Below, in pieces: positions 30,287 to 38,747 of a DNA stretch of 64,000 nucleotides. The stretch lies in assembly GCA_900317425.1 (NCBI GenBank), contig ONGR01000002.1, forward strand, positions 40,112 through 104,111, in the 5' to 3' direction. The notes under the pieces are model-generated. The model made no database searches, was not told where the DNA came from, and saw only the letters and a program-made list of their open reading frames with translations. This DNA comes from an uncultured Eubacteriales bacterium. GTDB lineage: Bacteria; Bacillota; Clostridia; Oscillospirales; Oscillospiraceae. How positions within the stretch are numbered: position 1 is the stretch's first letter; every line of letters begins with the position of its first letter. The position numbers were made by a program, and so were the translations under genes.

Positions 30287-30987
30287 GCGAGATTTTTGCG
30301 CTGGTAGAACGGGCACAGGAAGGGGACGGCGAGGCATACCGGGAGATCCTGGAGGAGAACGAGGGGCTGATTTGGTCCGTTGTGCGCCGGTATCATGGAT
30401 GCGGTGTGGAAATGGACGACCTGTATCAGCTTGGATGTATTGGATTTATCAAGGCTGTAAAGGGTTTTGACCTAACATATGGTACTCAGTTTTCCACCTA
30501 TGCCGTTCCCAAGATCGCCGGGGAGATCCGCCGATACTTGCGGGACAACGGTGCGATCAAGGTAGGCCGCAGCATGCGGGAAAAAGGACAGGCTCTCTGG
30601 AGCATCCGGGAGAGACTGCGATGTAACCTGGGCCGGGAGGCCCGTTTGTCTGAATTGGCGGAGGCGTCGGGCATGACAGCGGAGGAGATCGCCAGCATCG
30701 AACTGGCGACGGCCCAGCCGGAGTCGCTGCAACAGGAGACGACGGAGGGCCTTACGCTGGAGTCAACCATAGGCACGGAGGGCCCGGAGGAGAATCTGGT
30801 GGAAAAAATCGCGCTCCGGGAGGCCGTAAACAGCCTGCCGGAGCGCGAAAAATGGACGGTATTGCTTCGTTTTTTTAAGGGACTGACTCAGACACAGACG
30901 GCCCGGATCATTGGCGTTTCTCAGGTGCAGGTATCCCGCCTGGAGCGGCGGAGTCTGGAAAAACTGCGGAAGATCCTGGAGGGATAG
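30283..30987 (+). CDS. sigF: Sporulation sigma factor F
   Basis: Sigma-70 regions 2-4 (DLYQLGCIGFIKAVKGFD, YAVPKIAGEIRRYLRD, TQTQTARIIGVSQVQVSRLE). Operon context. Confidence 0.92.
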   Translation: MSEIFALVERAQEGDGEAYREILEENEGLIWSVVRRYHGCGVEMDDLYQLGCIGFIKAVKGFDLTYGTQFSTYAVPKIAGEIRRYLRDNGAIKVGRSMREKGQALWSIRERLRCNLGREARLSELAEASGMTAEEIASIELATAQPESLQQETTEGLTLESTIGTEGPEENLVEKIALREAVNSLPEREKWTVLLRFFKGLTQTQTARIIGVSQVQVSRLERRSLEKLRKILEG

Positions 30988-31753
30988 TGTTATTCCGCTG
31001 CGCCTCATAGTCCAGGGGGAGAAATTCCGTCATGGTACCGCGATAGCGTTTTGGCATAAACGTATTCTGGCACCGGGGATTGTAGCGTTCTTTGATGGCG
31101 ATCGTTTCATAAAACCGCTTCCAGAGGGCGCGATAATGGACCTCCTCTTCGCCCGGAAGGGTCAGCTGCAGGTGATCCACCGCCAGGATCCGTGAACGCC
31201 CGTTGGCGTACAGGAGAAGATCACGGTGGGTGCGATCGTAGAGGAAGAAGGCCTCATTGGCATACCTGTTGCAGAAATGACTCCGCAGGAGCGGGAGGAC
31301 CCGATTCTTCGGTTCGATCTCTGCGCCTAATACACCATGATAATCCGAAAAACGGATGAAGCCGCGGAGTTTTTCCACCTCGCCGTTCATATGGCGAATG
31401 GCCTTTGCCAGTGGATAGTAGGCGGGATCAGACTGATTCCTGAGAAACGCTCCCCCTTCAGCGTACAGTTTGCGCACAAAGTCGTAAAGGCGCATTTCTT
31501 TATCCTCCATGCAGGTGAGGAAGGCGCGGCGCAGCACGTTAGCCGCAGGGGAAGAACGAGTGACAAGGCTGCGGAAAACACGCCTGGCATGCTCGCGCTG
31601 CGTGATGACGCTGCGCACCGCATAGAGGGAAAAACATTCCTCATCGCCGCAAAAGGCGATGGGGAATTCTTTGTTGATATAGCTTTCATAGACGCAGCAG
31701 AGAAATCCGTCAAAGCTGCCGTCATACTGAAAGACTGCTTCGCTCCACGCCAT
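30908..31753 (-). CDS. TIGR03915-family putative DNA metabolism/repair protein (DUF4130, UDG-like partner of the radical SAM protein)
   Basis: MAWSEAVFQYDGSFDGFLCCVYESY N-terminus and ...FMPKRYRGTMTEF C-region. Immediately downstream of the TIGR03916-type radical SAM gene. The 3' tail overlaps the sigF 3' end. Confidence 0.7.
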   Translation of the reverse strand: MAWSEAVFQYDGSFDGFLCCVYESYINKEFPIAFCGDEECFSLYAVRSVITQREHARRVFRSLVTRSSPAANVLRRAFLTCMEDKEMRLYDFVRKLYAEGGAFLRNQSDPAYYPLAKAIRHMNGEVEKLRGFIRFSDYHGVLGAEIEPKNRVLPLLRSHFCNRYANEAFFLYDRTHRDLLLYANGRSRILAVDHLQLTLPGEEEVHYRALWKRFYETIAIKERYNPRCQNTFMPKRYRGTMTEFLPLDYEAQRNNTIPPGSSAVFPDSAAPGGIPAPEKRQ

Positions 31754-31757
31754 AGGA

Positions 31758-33026
31758 TCACCCCACGTTGTCAAAAAGTGAGAGCTGCTCCTGGGCGGGG
31801 GCGGGCAGTTCTCCGCGTTCAATGCTCTCCAGCTGGCCTGTCAGGGTGGCAGACGAGAATTTCAGGCCCGGCTGTCTCTTTCCACTGCAGGTAATGAAAA
31901 ACTGTGCCCGCTTCAAAACCACGCCCATTTTCTTTAGGTCCTCATAGGTCAGATGGGCCATACGCCGCGCCGATACGATGCGGCGGGCGCTGATGGGACC
32001 GATCCCCGGCACCCGCAGCAGCATTTCGTAATCCGCCCCCATGATCTCCACCGGGAACTGCTCCAGATGCTGAATGGCCCAGTTGCATTTAGGATCGATG
32101 AGGGGGTTGAAATCCGGCTGTTCATCGCTGAGCAGTTCCTCTGCCCGGAATCCATAAAACCGCAGCAGCCAGTCGGCCTGATAGAGCCGGTGCTCCCGCA
32201 GCAGAGGCGGCTTGGTGTCCAGAGCGGGGAGGAGAGAGCTTTCCGCCACCGGGACGTAAGCGGAGTAAAACACCCGCTTGAGACGATAGCGCCGATAGAG
32301 GGACTGGGTCAGATAGAGGATGTGCTTATCGCTGTCAGCAGTGGCGCCTACGATCAACTGTGTGCTCTGTCCGGCCGGTGCAAAGGTGGGAGCGTGCTTG
32401 TACTTGACCAGCTCCGCTTTGCTCTGTACCACTTGATCCCGGATCTGCGTCATGGGCCGCAGGATGGCGCTCTTGTTCTTATCCGGCGCCAGCGCTTGCA
32501 GTCCCGCCTCGGAGGGCAGCTCAATGTTGACGCTGAGCCGATCCGCCAGCAGACCCAGCTGATAGACCAGCTCCGGCGAGGTGCCGGGAATAGCCTTGGC
32601 ATGGATGTATCCATTGAAGGCGTAATCATGGCGCAGAATGCGCAGACTGCGGATCATCTGCTCCGTGGTATAGTCCGGATTGCGCAGCACGGCAGAGGAG
32701 AGAAAGAGGCCCTCAATGTAATTGCGCCGATAAAAACCGATGGTCAGATCCGCCAATTCCTTGGGCGTAAAAGCCGCACGGCGCGTTTCATTGGAGCGGC
32801 GGTTGACGCAGTATTTGCAATCGTATACGCAACTGTTGGTCATCAACACCTTCAAAAGGGTGATGCACCGTCCGTCGGCAGAAAAGCTGTGGCAGCAGCC
32901 GGCAATAGAAGAGGACGTGTTTCCGATCTTCCCGGGCTGGAAGCCCCGCCGGACACCGCTTGAGGTACAGGCGGCGTCATACTTGGCGGCATCTGCCAGG
33001 ACGGTCAATTTATCCAGCAGATCCAT
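31758..33026 (-). CDS. Putative DNA modification/repair radical SAM protein (TIGR03916-like)
   Basis: AKYDAACTSSG N-terminus, CxxxCxxC cluster (CVYDCKYC) and C-terminal HhH-like region (LLRVPGIGPISARRIV). Confidence 0.8.
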   Translation of the reverse strand: MDLLDKLTVLADAAKYDAACTSSGVRRGFQPGKIGNTSSSIAGCCHSFSADGRCITLLKVLMTNSCVYDCKYCVNRRSNETRRAAFTPKELADLTIGFYRRNYIEGLFLSSAVLRNPDYTTEQMIRSLRILRHDYAFNGYIHAKAIPGTSPELVYQLGLLADRLSVNIELPSEAGLQALAPDKNKSAILRPMTQIRDQVVQSKAELVKYKHAPTFAPAGQSTQLIVGATADSDKHILYLTQSLYRRYRLKRVFYSAYVPVAESSLLPALDTKPPLLREHRLYQADWLLRFYGFRAEELLSDEQPDFNPLIDPKCNWAIQHLEQFPVEIMGADYEMLLRVPGIGPISARRIVSARRMAHLTYEDLKKMGVVLKRAQFFITCSGKRQPGLKFSSATLTGQLESIERGELPAPAQEQLSLFDNVG

Positions 33027-33035
33027 GGCACGGCT

Positions 33036-33152
33036 TTAGATGGCGTGACGTCTGCGGGGACGGGGCTGGTCGATCCGGTCGATCAGATGCATCAAATTCA
33101 CGGCAATGGAACCGGCACCCAGTACGACGATGATATATCCCAGAGTAGTCAT
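33036..33152 (-). CDS. Unlisted 38-aa single-TM peptide heading the repair operon
   Basis: AGGAGG SD 8 nt upstream of the ATG. Sequence MTTLGYIIVVLGAGSIAVNLMHLIDRIDQPRPRRRHAI. The stop is 9 nt before the radical-SAM ATG, which has no SD of its own. Confidence 0.5.
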   Translation of the reverse strand: MTTLGYIIVVLGAGSIAVNLMHLIDRIDQPRPRRRHAI

Positions 33153-33168
33153 TTCAGTTACCTCCTGT

Positions 33169-33182
33169 GAAACTTATGTTCT
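33169..33182. promoter_or_regulatory. Second LexA-like box at the predicted transcription start
   Basis: Minus strand AGAACATAAGTTTC (12 of 14). Lies between the -10 element and the SD. Confidence 0.5.
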
Positions 33183-33188
33183 ATTTGC

Positions 33189-33217
33189 ATTGTAAATCGA
33201 ACAAATGTTTTTGTCAA
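33189..33217 (-). promoter_or_regulatory. Near-consensus sigma-A promoter of the repair operon
   Basis: Minus strand TTGACA (33217-33212), 17 nt, TACAAT (33194-33189). Confidence 0.65.
33198..33211. promoter_or_regulatory. LexA (Cheo/SOS) box in the promoter spacer
   Basis: CGAACAAATGTTTT matches CGAACRNRYGTTYC at 13 of 14 positions. Confidence 0.6.
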
Positions 33218-33225
33218 GAGAAAAT

Positions 33226-33239
33226 CGAACAAAATTTCT
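33226..33239. promoter_or_regulatory. Weak third LexA-like half-site
   Basis: CGAACAAAATTTCT has a good left half and a degenerate right half. Confidence 0.25.
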
Positions 33240-33258
33240 ATTTTGTTTTTGGCAACTG

Positions 33259-33287
33259 TTGACCCGGGGGAGAAACTGTATTAAAAT
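33259..33287 (+). promoter_or_regulatory. Sigma-A promoter of pcrA
   Basis: TTGACC, 17 nt, TAAAAT. Confidence 0.55.
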
Positions 33288-33318
33288 AGGGGAAAACCAT
33301 GAGACAGAGAGGGACCCT

Positions 33319-35772
33319 ATGAACGAATTGGAGAGACGTTTTGTTGCGGCACGCCGCCGTGCCATTGCGACGGATTACCGCCATTTGAATGATATGCAGC
33401 TCCAGGGTGTGCTGACGACGGAGGGACCGCTGCTGCTGCTGGCCGGAGCCGGCAGCGGCAAGACCACGGTGCTGATCAACCGGGTAGCCAATCTGCTGCG
33501 CTATGGACGTGGCAGCGATACCGACGAGATCCCTCTGCCTGTTTCCGAGGACGAGGTGGAGTTTCTGGAGCAGTATGCCGCCGCCCCCACGCCGGAGCAG
33601 CGCCCTCTGGCTCAGTATCTGTGTGCTGTGGAGCCGGCAAGACCCTGGGAGGTACTGGCCATTACCTTCACCAACAAGGCCGCCAACGAGCTGAAGGAGC
33701 GTTTGGAGCAGATGCTGGGGGAGGAGGCCCGGGACGTGTGGGCCGCTACGTTCCACTCCGCCTGCGTGCGGATCCTGCGGCGTGATATCGATAAGCTGGG
33801 CTTTTCCCGCGACTTCACCATCTACGATACCGACGACAGCAAGCGGGTGATCAAGGATATTCTGAAGGAACTGAGTCTGGACGAGAAGACCTTTCCCGTC
33901 CGGGAGATCCTGTCGGTGATTTCCGCCGCCAAGGACGAGATGCAGACTCCGGCGATGTTTACGAAGAAATGGGAGAGCAACGGAGAATGGCGTAAAATCA
34001 GAATCGGTAAAGTATATGCACTTTACAACGAGAGACTGCGCAGCGCCAATGCTTTGGACTTCGACGACATCATCTTGCACACGGTCCGCCTGCTGCAGGC
34101 CGATGCTGCGACCCGGGAATACTACCAGCACAAGTTCCGCTACGTGCTCATTGACGAGTATCAGGACACCAACCATCTGCAATATCTGCTGGCGAGCCTG
34201 CTGGCCGGCGGACATCGCAACATCTGCGTGGTGGGCGACGACGACCAGAGCATTTATCGTTTTCGCGGCGCCAATATTGAGAACATTTTGAGCTTTGAGA
34301 AGGAATATCGCGGCGCCAGAACCATCCGCCTGGAACAGAACTACCGGTCCACCCAGAACATTCTGGATGCCGCCAATGCCGTGATCCGCCACAACGTGGG
34401 CCGCAAAGGCAAGACCCTGTGGACAGAGAATGGCAGAGGCGACAAGGTGACCATCAAGACCACATTCAACGAGAGCGACGAGGCCAATTTCGTGGTGGGA
34501 CAGATCATGATGGCCTACAATCGCGGTGTGAACTGGCGGGAGAACGCCGTGCTTTATCGGATGAACGCCCAGTCCAACGCGTTGGAATACGCCTTCAAAC
34601 GCAACGGCGTGCCCTACAAGGTGGTGGGCGGCATGAAGTTCTTTGATCGCGCCGAGGTCAAGGATATGCTGGCCTATCTGTGCGTGATCAACAATCCCAC
34701 CGATGACCTGCGCCTGCGCCGCATCGTCAACGTGCCGTCCCGGAAGATCGGAAACGCCACCGTGGATAAGGCCCAACAGCTGGCGACCCAGTACGCGCTC
34801 CCGCTCTACGAGGTGTTTCGACATGCCTCCAACTACCCGGAATTGAAGAATTCTGCTGGAAAGCTTATGTCCTTTACAGACCTTGTGGAGGAACTGCAGA
34901 GCAGACTCCCGGACATGGGTCTGGTGGACTTCTACAGCTACGTCTGCGACAGAACGGGATACGTCCAGGCACTGATCGATAAAAACGACATGGAGAGCCA
35001 GGGACGGCTGGAAAACGTCCAGGAACTGGCCTCCAGCATTTTGAATTTTCTGGAAAGCGAGCCGGAGAATCCCACGCTGGCGGGTTTCCTGGATGAGATC
35101 GCTCTCTATACAGATCTGGATGACACCGACGACAGCGACAACACCGTTACCATGATGACCATGCACTCGGCCAAGGGATTGGAGTTTCCCTATGTCTACG
35201 TGGTGGGCATGGAGGACGGGCTTTTCCCGGGAAATCGCGCCATGGGCGACGATGAGGAAATGGAAGAGGAGCGGCGCCTTTGCTACGTGGCCATGACCCG
35301 CGCCAAGGAGAAGCTGACCATGACCAATGCCCGGCAGCGTATGCTCTTCGGCCGCACCACGCCGTGCACGCCGTCCCGGTTTTTGAACGAGGTTCCGGAG
35401 GAGAACATGGAGTGGTTCGGAAAGCCGGAGCCGCGGGTCGCGCAGCCAGACTGGAGCGACGGTTGGGACGACGGACCGGATTTTGGCGGCGGACGCTCTG
35501 CTTATCACGGCGGCTATTCCGGCGGATACGCAGCCGCTGCGCCGAAGAAGCCTGCGCTCAAGACCGGCGGGGCCGGTCGCGCTGCCGCCTCCGGCGGCCC
35601 CATGCTGCAGCTCCAGGAGGGCGACAGCGTGTCCCACAGCGCCTTCGGTACCGGCATGGTGCTGAGCATACGCCCCATGGGCGGCGACGCGCTGATCGAG
35701 GTGGCCTTCGATCAGGTGGGTACCAAGAAGCTGATGCTGAAGGCTGCCAGCCAGCATCTGAAGAAGCTGTAA
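33319..35772 (+). CDS. pcrA: ATP-dependent DNA helicase PcrA (UvrD family)
   Basis: SF1 motifs (AGAGSGKTT, TFTNKAA, DEYQDTN, GDDDQSIYRFRGA, TMHSAKGLEF). G/Y-rich linker plus C-terminal Tudor-like domain. ATG 33319. Confidence 0.92.
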   Translation: MNELERRFVAARRRAIATDYRHLNDMQLQGVLTTEGPLLLLAGAGSGKTTVLINRVANLLRYGRGSDTDEIPLPVSEDEVEFLEQYAAAPTPEQRPLAQYLCAVEPARPWEVLAITFTNKAANELKERLEQMLGEEARDVWAATFHSACVRILRRDIDKLGFSRDFTIYDTDDSKRVIKDILKELSLDEKTFPVREILSVISAAKDEMQTPAMFTKKWESNGEWRKIRIGKVYALYNERLRSANALDFDDIILHTVRLLQADAATREYYQHKFRYVLIDEYQDTNHLQYLLASLLAGGHRNICVVGDDDQSIYRFRGANIENILSFEKEYRGARTIRLEQNYRSTQNILDAANAVIRHNVGRKGKTLWTENGRGDKVTIKTTFNESDEANFVVGQIMMAYNRGVNWRENAVLYRMNAQSNALEYAFKRNGVPYKVVGGMKFFDRAEVKDMLAYLCVINNPTDDLRLRRIVNVPSRKIGNATVDKAQQLATQYALPLYEVFRHASNYPELKNSAGKLMSFTDLVEELQSRLPDMGLVDFYSYVCDRTGYVQALIDKNDMESQGRLENVQELASSILNFLESEPENPTLAGFLDEIALYTDLDDTDDSDNTVTMMTMHSAKGLEFPYVYVVGMEDGLFPGNRAMGDDEEMEEERRLCYVAMTRAKEKLTMTNARQRMLFGRTTPCTPSRFLNEVPEENMEWFGKPEPRVAQPDWSDGWDDGPDFGGGRSAYHGGYSGGYAAAAPKKPALKTGGAGRAAASGGPMLQLQEGDSVSHSAFGTGMVLSIRPMGGDALIEVAFDQVGTKKLMLKAASQHLKKL

Positions 35773-35780
35773 CGCAACGA

Positions 35781-35815
35781 AAAAGGAAGGGTAAAAGATT
35801 ACCCTTCCTTTTTTG
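35781..35815. terminator. Bidirectional terminator between pcrA and the GNAT gene
   Basis: AGGAAGGGTAA/TTACCCTTCCT stem flanked by A5 and T5. Confidence 0.8.
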
Positions 35816-35821
35816 CGCCGA

Positions 35822-36307
35822 CTATTGCAGTTCCAAGGCGTAAATGACGTATTTTTCATGATCCGCGTCTTTGACGTGGGCATCAAGGAGATGCTCCAGC
35901 AGATGGATGCTGGCGAAATTGTCTCTGTCCACGTCAAACAGGACCTCACGGATACCGATAGAGCGCAGGTGATCCAGCACGGCGCGGATACAAACCGTGG
36001 CGATACCTCTCCTGCGGTAGCGGGAGGAGATCCAGTAGTATAGGTAGATCGAGTGCCTGTCGGCATCGTGGTCATAGAGCCCGATGCGTCCGCAGGGAAC
36101 GCCGTCCCAGAAAGGGACAATGGCATCGTCATAGGGGAGGACCCGCTCGGCCAGATATTGCAGCTCATTTTCCAGGGAATACTTCTCATCAAAGCCAAAC
36201 CACCGGACCAGCTCTGAAATATCCTCCCGGAACAGGGGAAAGAGCAGGCGGGCACTCTCCTCTGTCATGGAAGAGAGGGTTATGTGATCGTCTACTTTAC
36301 GGTACAT
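35822..36307 (-). CDS. GNAT-family N-acetyltransferase
   Basis: RimJ/RimL-like length. Acetyl-CoA-binding-type motif RRRGIATVCIRAVLDHL. Confidence 0.7.
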   Translation of the reverse strand: MYRKVDDHITLSSMTEESARLLFPLFREDISELVRWFGFDEKYSLENELQYLAERVLPYDDAIVPFWDGVPCGRIGLYDHDADRHSIYLYYWISSRYRRRGIATVCIRAVLDHLRSIGIREVLFDVDRDNFASIHLLEHLLDAHVKDADHEKYVIYALELQ

Positions 36308-36337
36308 TCGTTCATCTCACCACTTTCTCGACACATG

Positions 36338-36370
36338 TAAAAAACCCTGCTCGGGAGAGCAGGGTTTTTG
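36338..36370 (-). terminator. Rho-independent terminator after rpmB
   Basis: CCCTGCTC/GAGCAGGG stem with a U-run on the minus strand. Confidence 0.75.
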
Positions 36371-36381
36371 CTTGTCCAAGT

Positions 36382-36570
36382 TTAGATCGCCCGGGTAACT
36401 TTACCGGAACGCAGACACCGGGTACAAACATACACATGGCGGGGCGTACCATTGATGATTGCCTTCACGCGCTTGACATTGGGCTTCCAAGGACGATTGG
36501 AACGTCTGTGAGAGTGGGAAACCTTGATGCCAAAGGTCACGCCCTTATCGCAGAACTCGCATTTTGCCAT
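36382..36570 (-). CDS. rpmB: 50S ribosomal protein L28
   Basis: MAKCEFCDKGVTFGIKVSHSHRRSNRPWKPNVKRVK... (62 aa). AAGGAGG SD. The longer 124-aa ORF is an artefact. Confidence 0.93.
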   Translation of the reverse strand: MAKCEFCDKGVTFGIKVSHSHRRSNRPWKPNVKRVKAIINGTPRHVYVCTRCLRSGKVTRAI

Positions 36571-36626
36571 CCGTTGCACCTCCTTGCTCTGACTAAAGTA
36601 TGCGTTTACTAACGCAAGCACAAGAT

Positions 36627-36655
36627 ATATTACCAGAAGAAAATTGAAATTGCAA
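36627..36655 (-). promoter_or_regulatory. Sigma-A promoter of rpmB
   Basis: Minus strand TTGCAA, 17 nt, TAATAT. Confidence 0.5.
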
Positions 36656-36702
36656 GTACTATTTGAGAAAAAATCGAAAAAATCTGTAAATGCCGGAAAG
36701 TA

Positions 36703-36731
36703 TTGCGAAACGAAGCGGCATACGATATAAT
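36703..36731 (+). promoter_or_regulatory. Sigma-A promoter of the hprK operon
   Basis: TTGCGA, 17 nt, TATAAT. Confidence 0.55.
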
Positions 36732-36815
36732 AAATAGAATCAAAAAATAGAGACACAAGTTATTTATGGCGGCAGAGGTAATTGCGGCTGCCGGTTGATA
36801 CGAAGGAGGCCCGTT

Positions 36816-37778
36816 ATGGAAGAAAAGGTGAGAAGGACCCCTGCAAAACTCAGTGACCTGGTGGATGCATTCGGGCTGGAGATCCTGCTGAAGGGAACGG
36901 ATTTCGACACCCGCAAGATCTCAATCCTGGACGTGAACCGCCCGGCACTGCAGCTGGTGGGTTTTTACGATTACTTTGAACCCCAGCGCCTGCAGATCCT
37001 GGGCCGGGCCGAGATGACGTATCTGGAGGCCATGACGGTGGAGAAGAGGCGGTCGATCTTCGAGGACTTTTTCCGCTGTGAGATCCCGGCTTTGATCGTG
37101 GCGCGCAACATGGAGGTGTTTCCCGAGCTGCTGGAGATCGCAGAGAAGCACGGCCGCACACTGCTGCGTACGCCGTGGTCCACGGTGGAGATCTCCAGCC
37201 GCATCATCGACTATTTGAACCGCGCTCTGGCGCCTCAGATCACTCGTCACGGCGTCCTCATGAACATCTATGGTCAGGGCGTACTGATCATCGGTGATTC
37301 CGGCATTGGCAAGAGCGAGACTGCCATCGAGCTGCTCAAGCGCGGCCACCGTCTGGTGGCGGACGACGCGGTGGAGATCCGCCGTGTTTCCACGTCCCTG
37401 GTGGGCGCGGCACCGGAGATCATTCGCCACTACATCGAGATCCGCGGCATCGGTCTCATCGACGTGCAGCAGCTGTTCGGTATGGGCGCGGTGCAGTTTG
37501 AGACGGAGTTGGATCTGGTCATCCAGCTGGAGCAGTGGGTGGAGGGAAAATTCTACTACCGTCTGGGCCTCGGCGAGGAAAAGTACACGATTCTGGACGT
37601 CTCGCTGCCGGTGGTAACGGTGCCTGTACGGCCCGGCCGAAACCTGGCCGGTATCGTGGAGATCGCCACCATGAAGAACCGTCAGATGAAATACGGCGAC
37701 AACACTGCCCGGGACTTCATCGAGCGGTTTGACCGCCACGTGGATGAGATGAACAAGAAAAGCAAGGAGAATGCATGA
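36816..37778 (+). CDS. hprK: HPr kinase/phosphorylase
   Basis: P-loop GDSGIGKSE, HRLVADD and EIRGIGLIDV signature. ATG 36816 sits after a GAAGGAGG SD. Confidence 0.92.
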   Translation: MEEKVRRTPAKLSDLVDAFGLEILLKGTDFDTRKISILDVNRPALQLVGFYDYFEPQRLQILGRAEMTYLEAMTVEKRRSIFEDFFRCEIPALIVARNMEVFPELLEIAEKHGRTLLRTPWSTVEISSRIIDYLNRALAPQITRHGVLMNIYGQGVLIIGDSGIGKSETAIELLKRGHRLVADDAVEIRRVSTSLVGAAPEIIRHYIEIRGIGLIDVQQLFGMGAVQFETELDLVIQLEQWVEGKFYYRLGLGEEKYTILDVSLPVVTVPVRPGRNLAGIVEIATMKNRQMKYGDNTARDFIERFDRHVDEMNKKSKENA

Positions 37779-38734
37779 AATATATCGGCATTGACATCGG
37801 CGGCACCAACTTAAAAGCGGGGCTGGTGGATGAGTCCGGCCTGATCCTGGCGACTCACCGGATGAAGGTGGCACAGATCGACGACCAGGATTCCCTTGCC
37901 TGGACGCTGGTGTCCTTGACCCAGGATCTCTGCCGGGCGGCCGATGTTCCGCTGGATCAGGTGGCTTCGGTGGGCGTGGGTGTGCCCGGTGCGGTGGAGA
38001 TCTACTCCGGGTCTGTGCTGTATACCTGCAATCTGCCGCTGCGGAACGTACCGCTGCGCAAGCTGTTCCACCGCTACCTGACTTTGCCGCTGTACGTGGA
38101 GAACGACGCCAACTGTGCGGCTTTGGCGGAGTACTTCGTGGGCGCGGGACGCGGCAGCAAGCGTTTCGTCACCATCACGCTGGGCACCGGCATCGGTGGC
38201 GGCATTATCCACAACGGAAAGATCTTCCACGGCTCCAACGGAATGGCGGGTGAAGTGGGGCACATGAGCATCGTCTACCGTGGCGAGCCGTGCCCCTGCG
38301 GACGTCTTGGCTGCTGGGAGCGCTATGCCTCCGCCGCAGCGCTGAAGCGGCTGACGGCAGAGACCATTCGGGAGCATCCCGACAGTATATTGAGCCAGGT
38401 GGTGGCGGAGCATGGCGGGCACGTGTCCGGCCAATCCGCGTTTATCGCCCAGCGGCGGGGTGACCCGGTGGGGAAACAGGTGTGTGAGCAATACATAGAT
38501 TATCTGGCCGCCGGCATCGTCAATCTGATCAACATTTTCCAACCGGATACGTTGGCTATCGGCGGCGGTGTCAGCAATGAGGATGAGAGATATCTGCTGT
38601 ATCCCCTGCGCCGCCGGGTGGAGCAGGAGAGTCTGCCCTGCAACCGGGATAAGATGACGAAGATCGTCAGGGCGGAGCTGGGGACCCAGGCCGGCATAAT
38701 CGGCGCGGCCTTTTTGGGAAAGAAAAAAGCGTAA
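37775..38734 (+). CDS. glcK: ROK-family glucokinase
   Basis: IGIDIGGTN, and the ROK Zn motif CPCGRLGCWERYAS. Confidence 0.8.
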   Translation: MKYIGIDIGGTNLKAGLVDESGLILATHRMKVAQIDDQDSLAWTLVSLTQDLCRAADVPLDQVASVGVGVPGAVEIYSGSVLYTCNLPLRNVPLRKLFHRYLTLPLYVENDANCAALAEYFVGAGRGSKRFVTITLGTGIGGGIIHNGKIFHGSNGMAGEVGHMSIVYRGEPCPCGRLGCWERYASAAALKRLTAETIREHPDSILSQVVAEHGGHVSGQSAFIAQRRGDPVGKQVCEQYIDYLAAGIVNLINIFQPDTLAIGGGVSNEDERYLLYPLRRRVEQESLPCNRDKMTKIVRAELGTQAGIIGAAFLGKKKA

Positions 38735-38747
38735 CAAGGAGGATCTT

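Noticed and set aside
33238-36255. 1005-aa ORF on the minus strand
   Set aside because: It is a shadow frame antisense to pcrA and has no motifs. pcrA carries all SF1 helicase signatures.
36571-36756. N-terminal 62-codon extension of the rpmB ORF (the 124-aa version)
   Set aside because: The extension is AT-rich and Phe/Ile/Asn-rich and covers the promoter region. ATG 36570, with an AAGGAGG SD, gives the canonical 62-aa L28.
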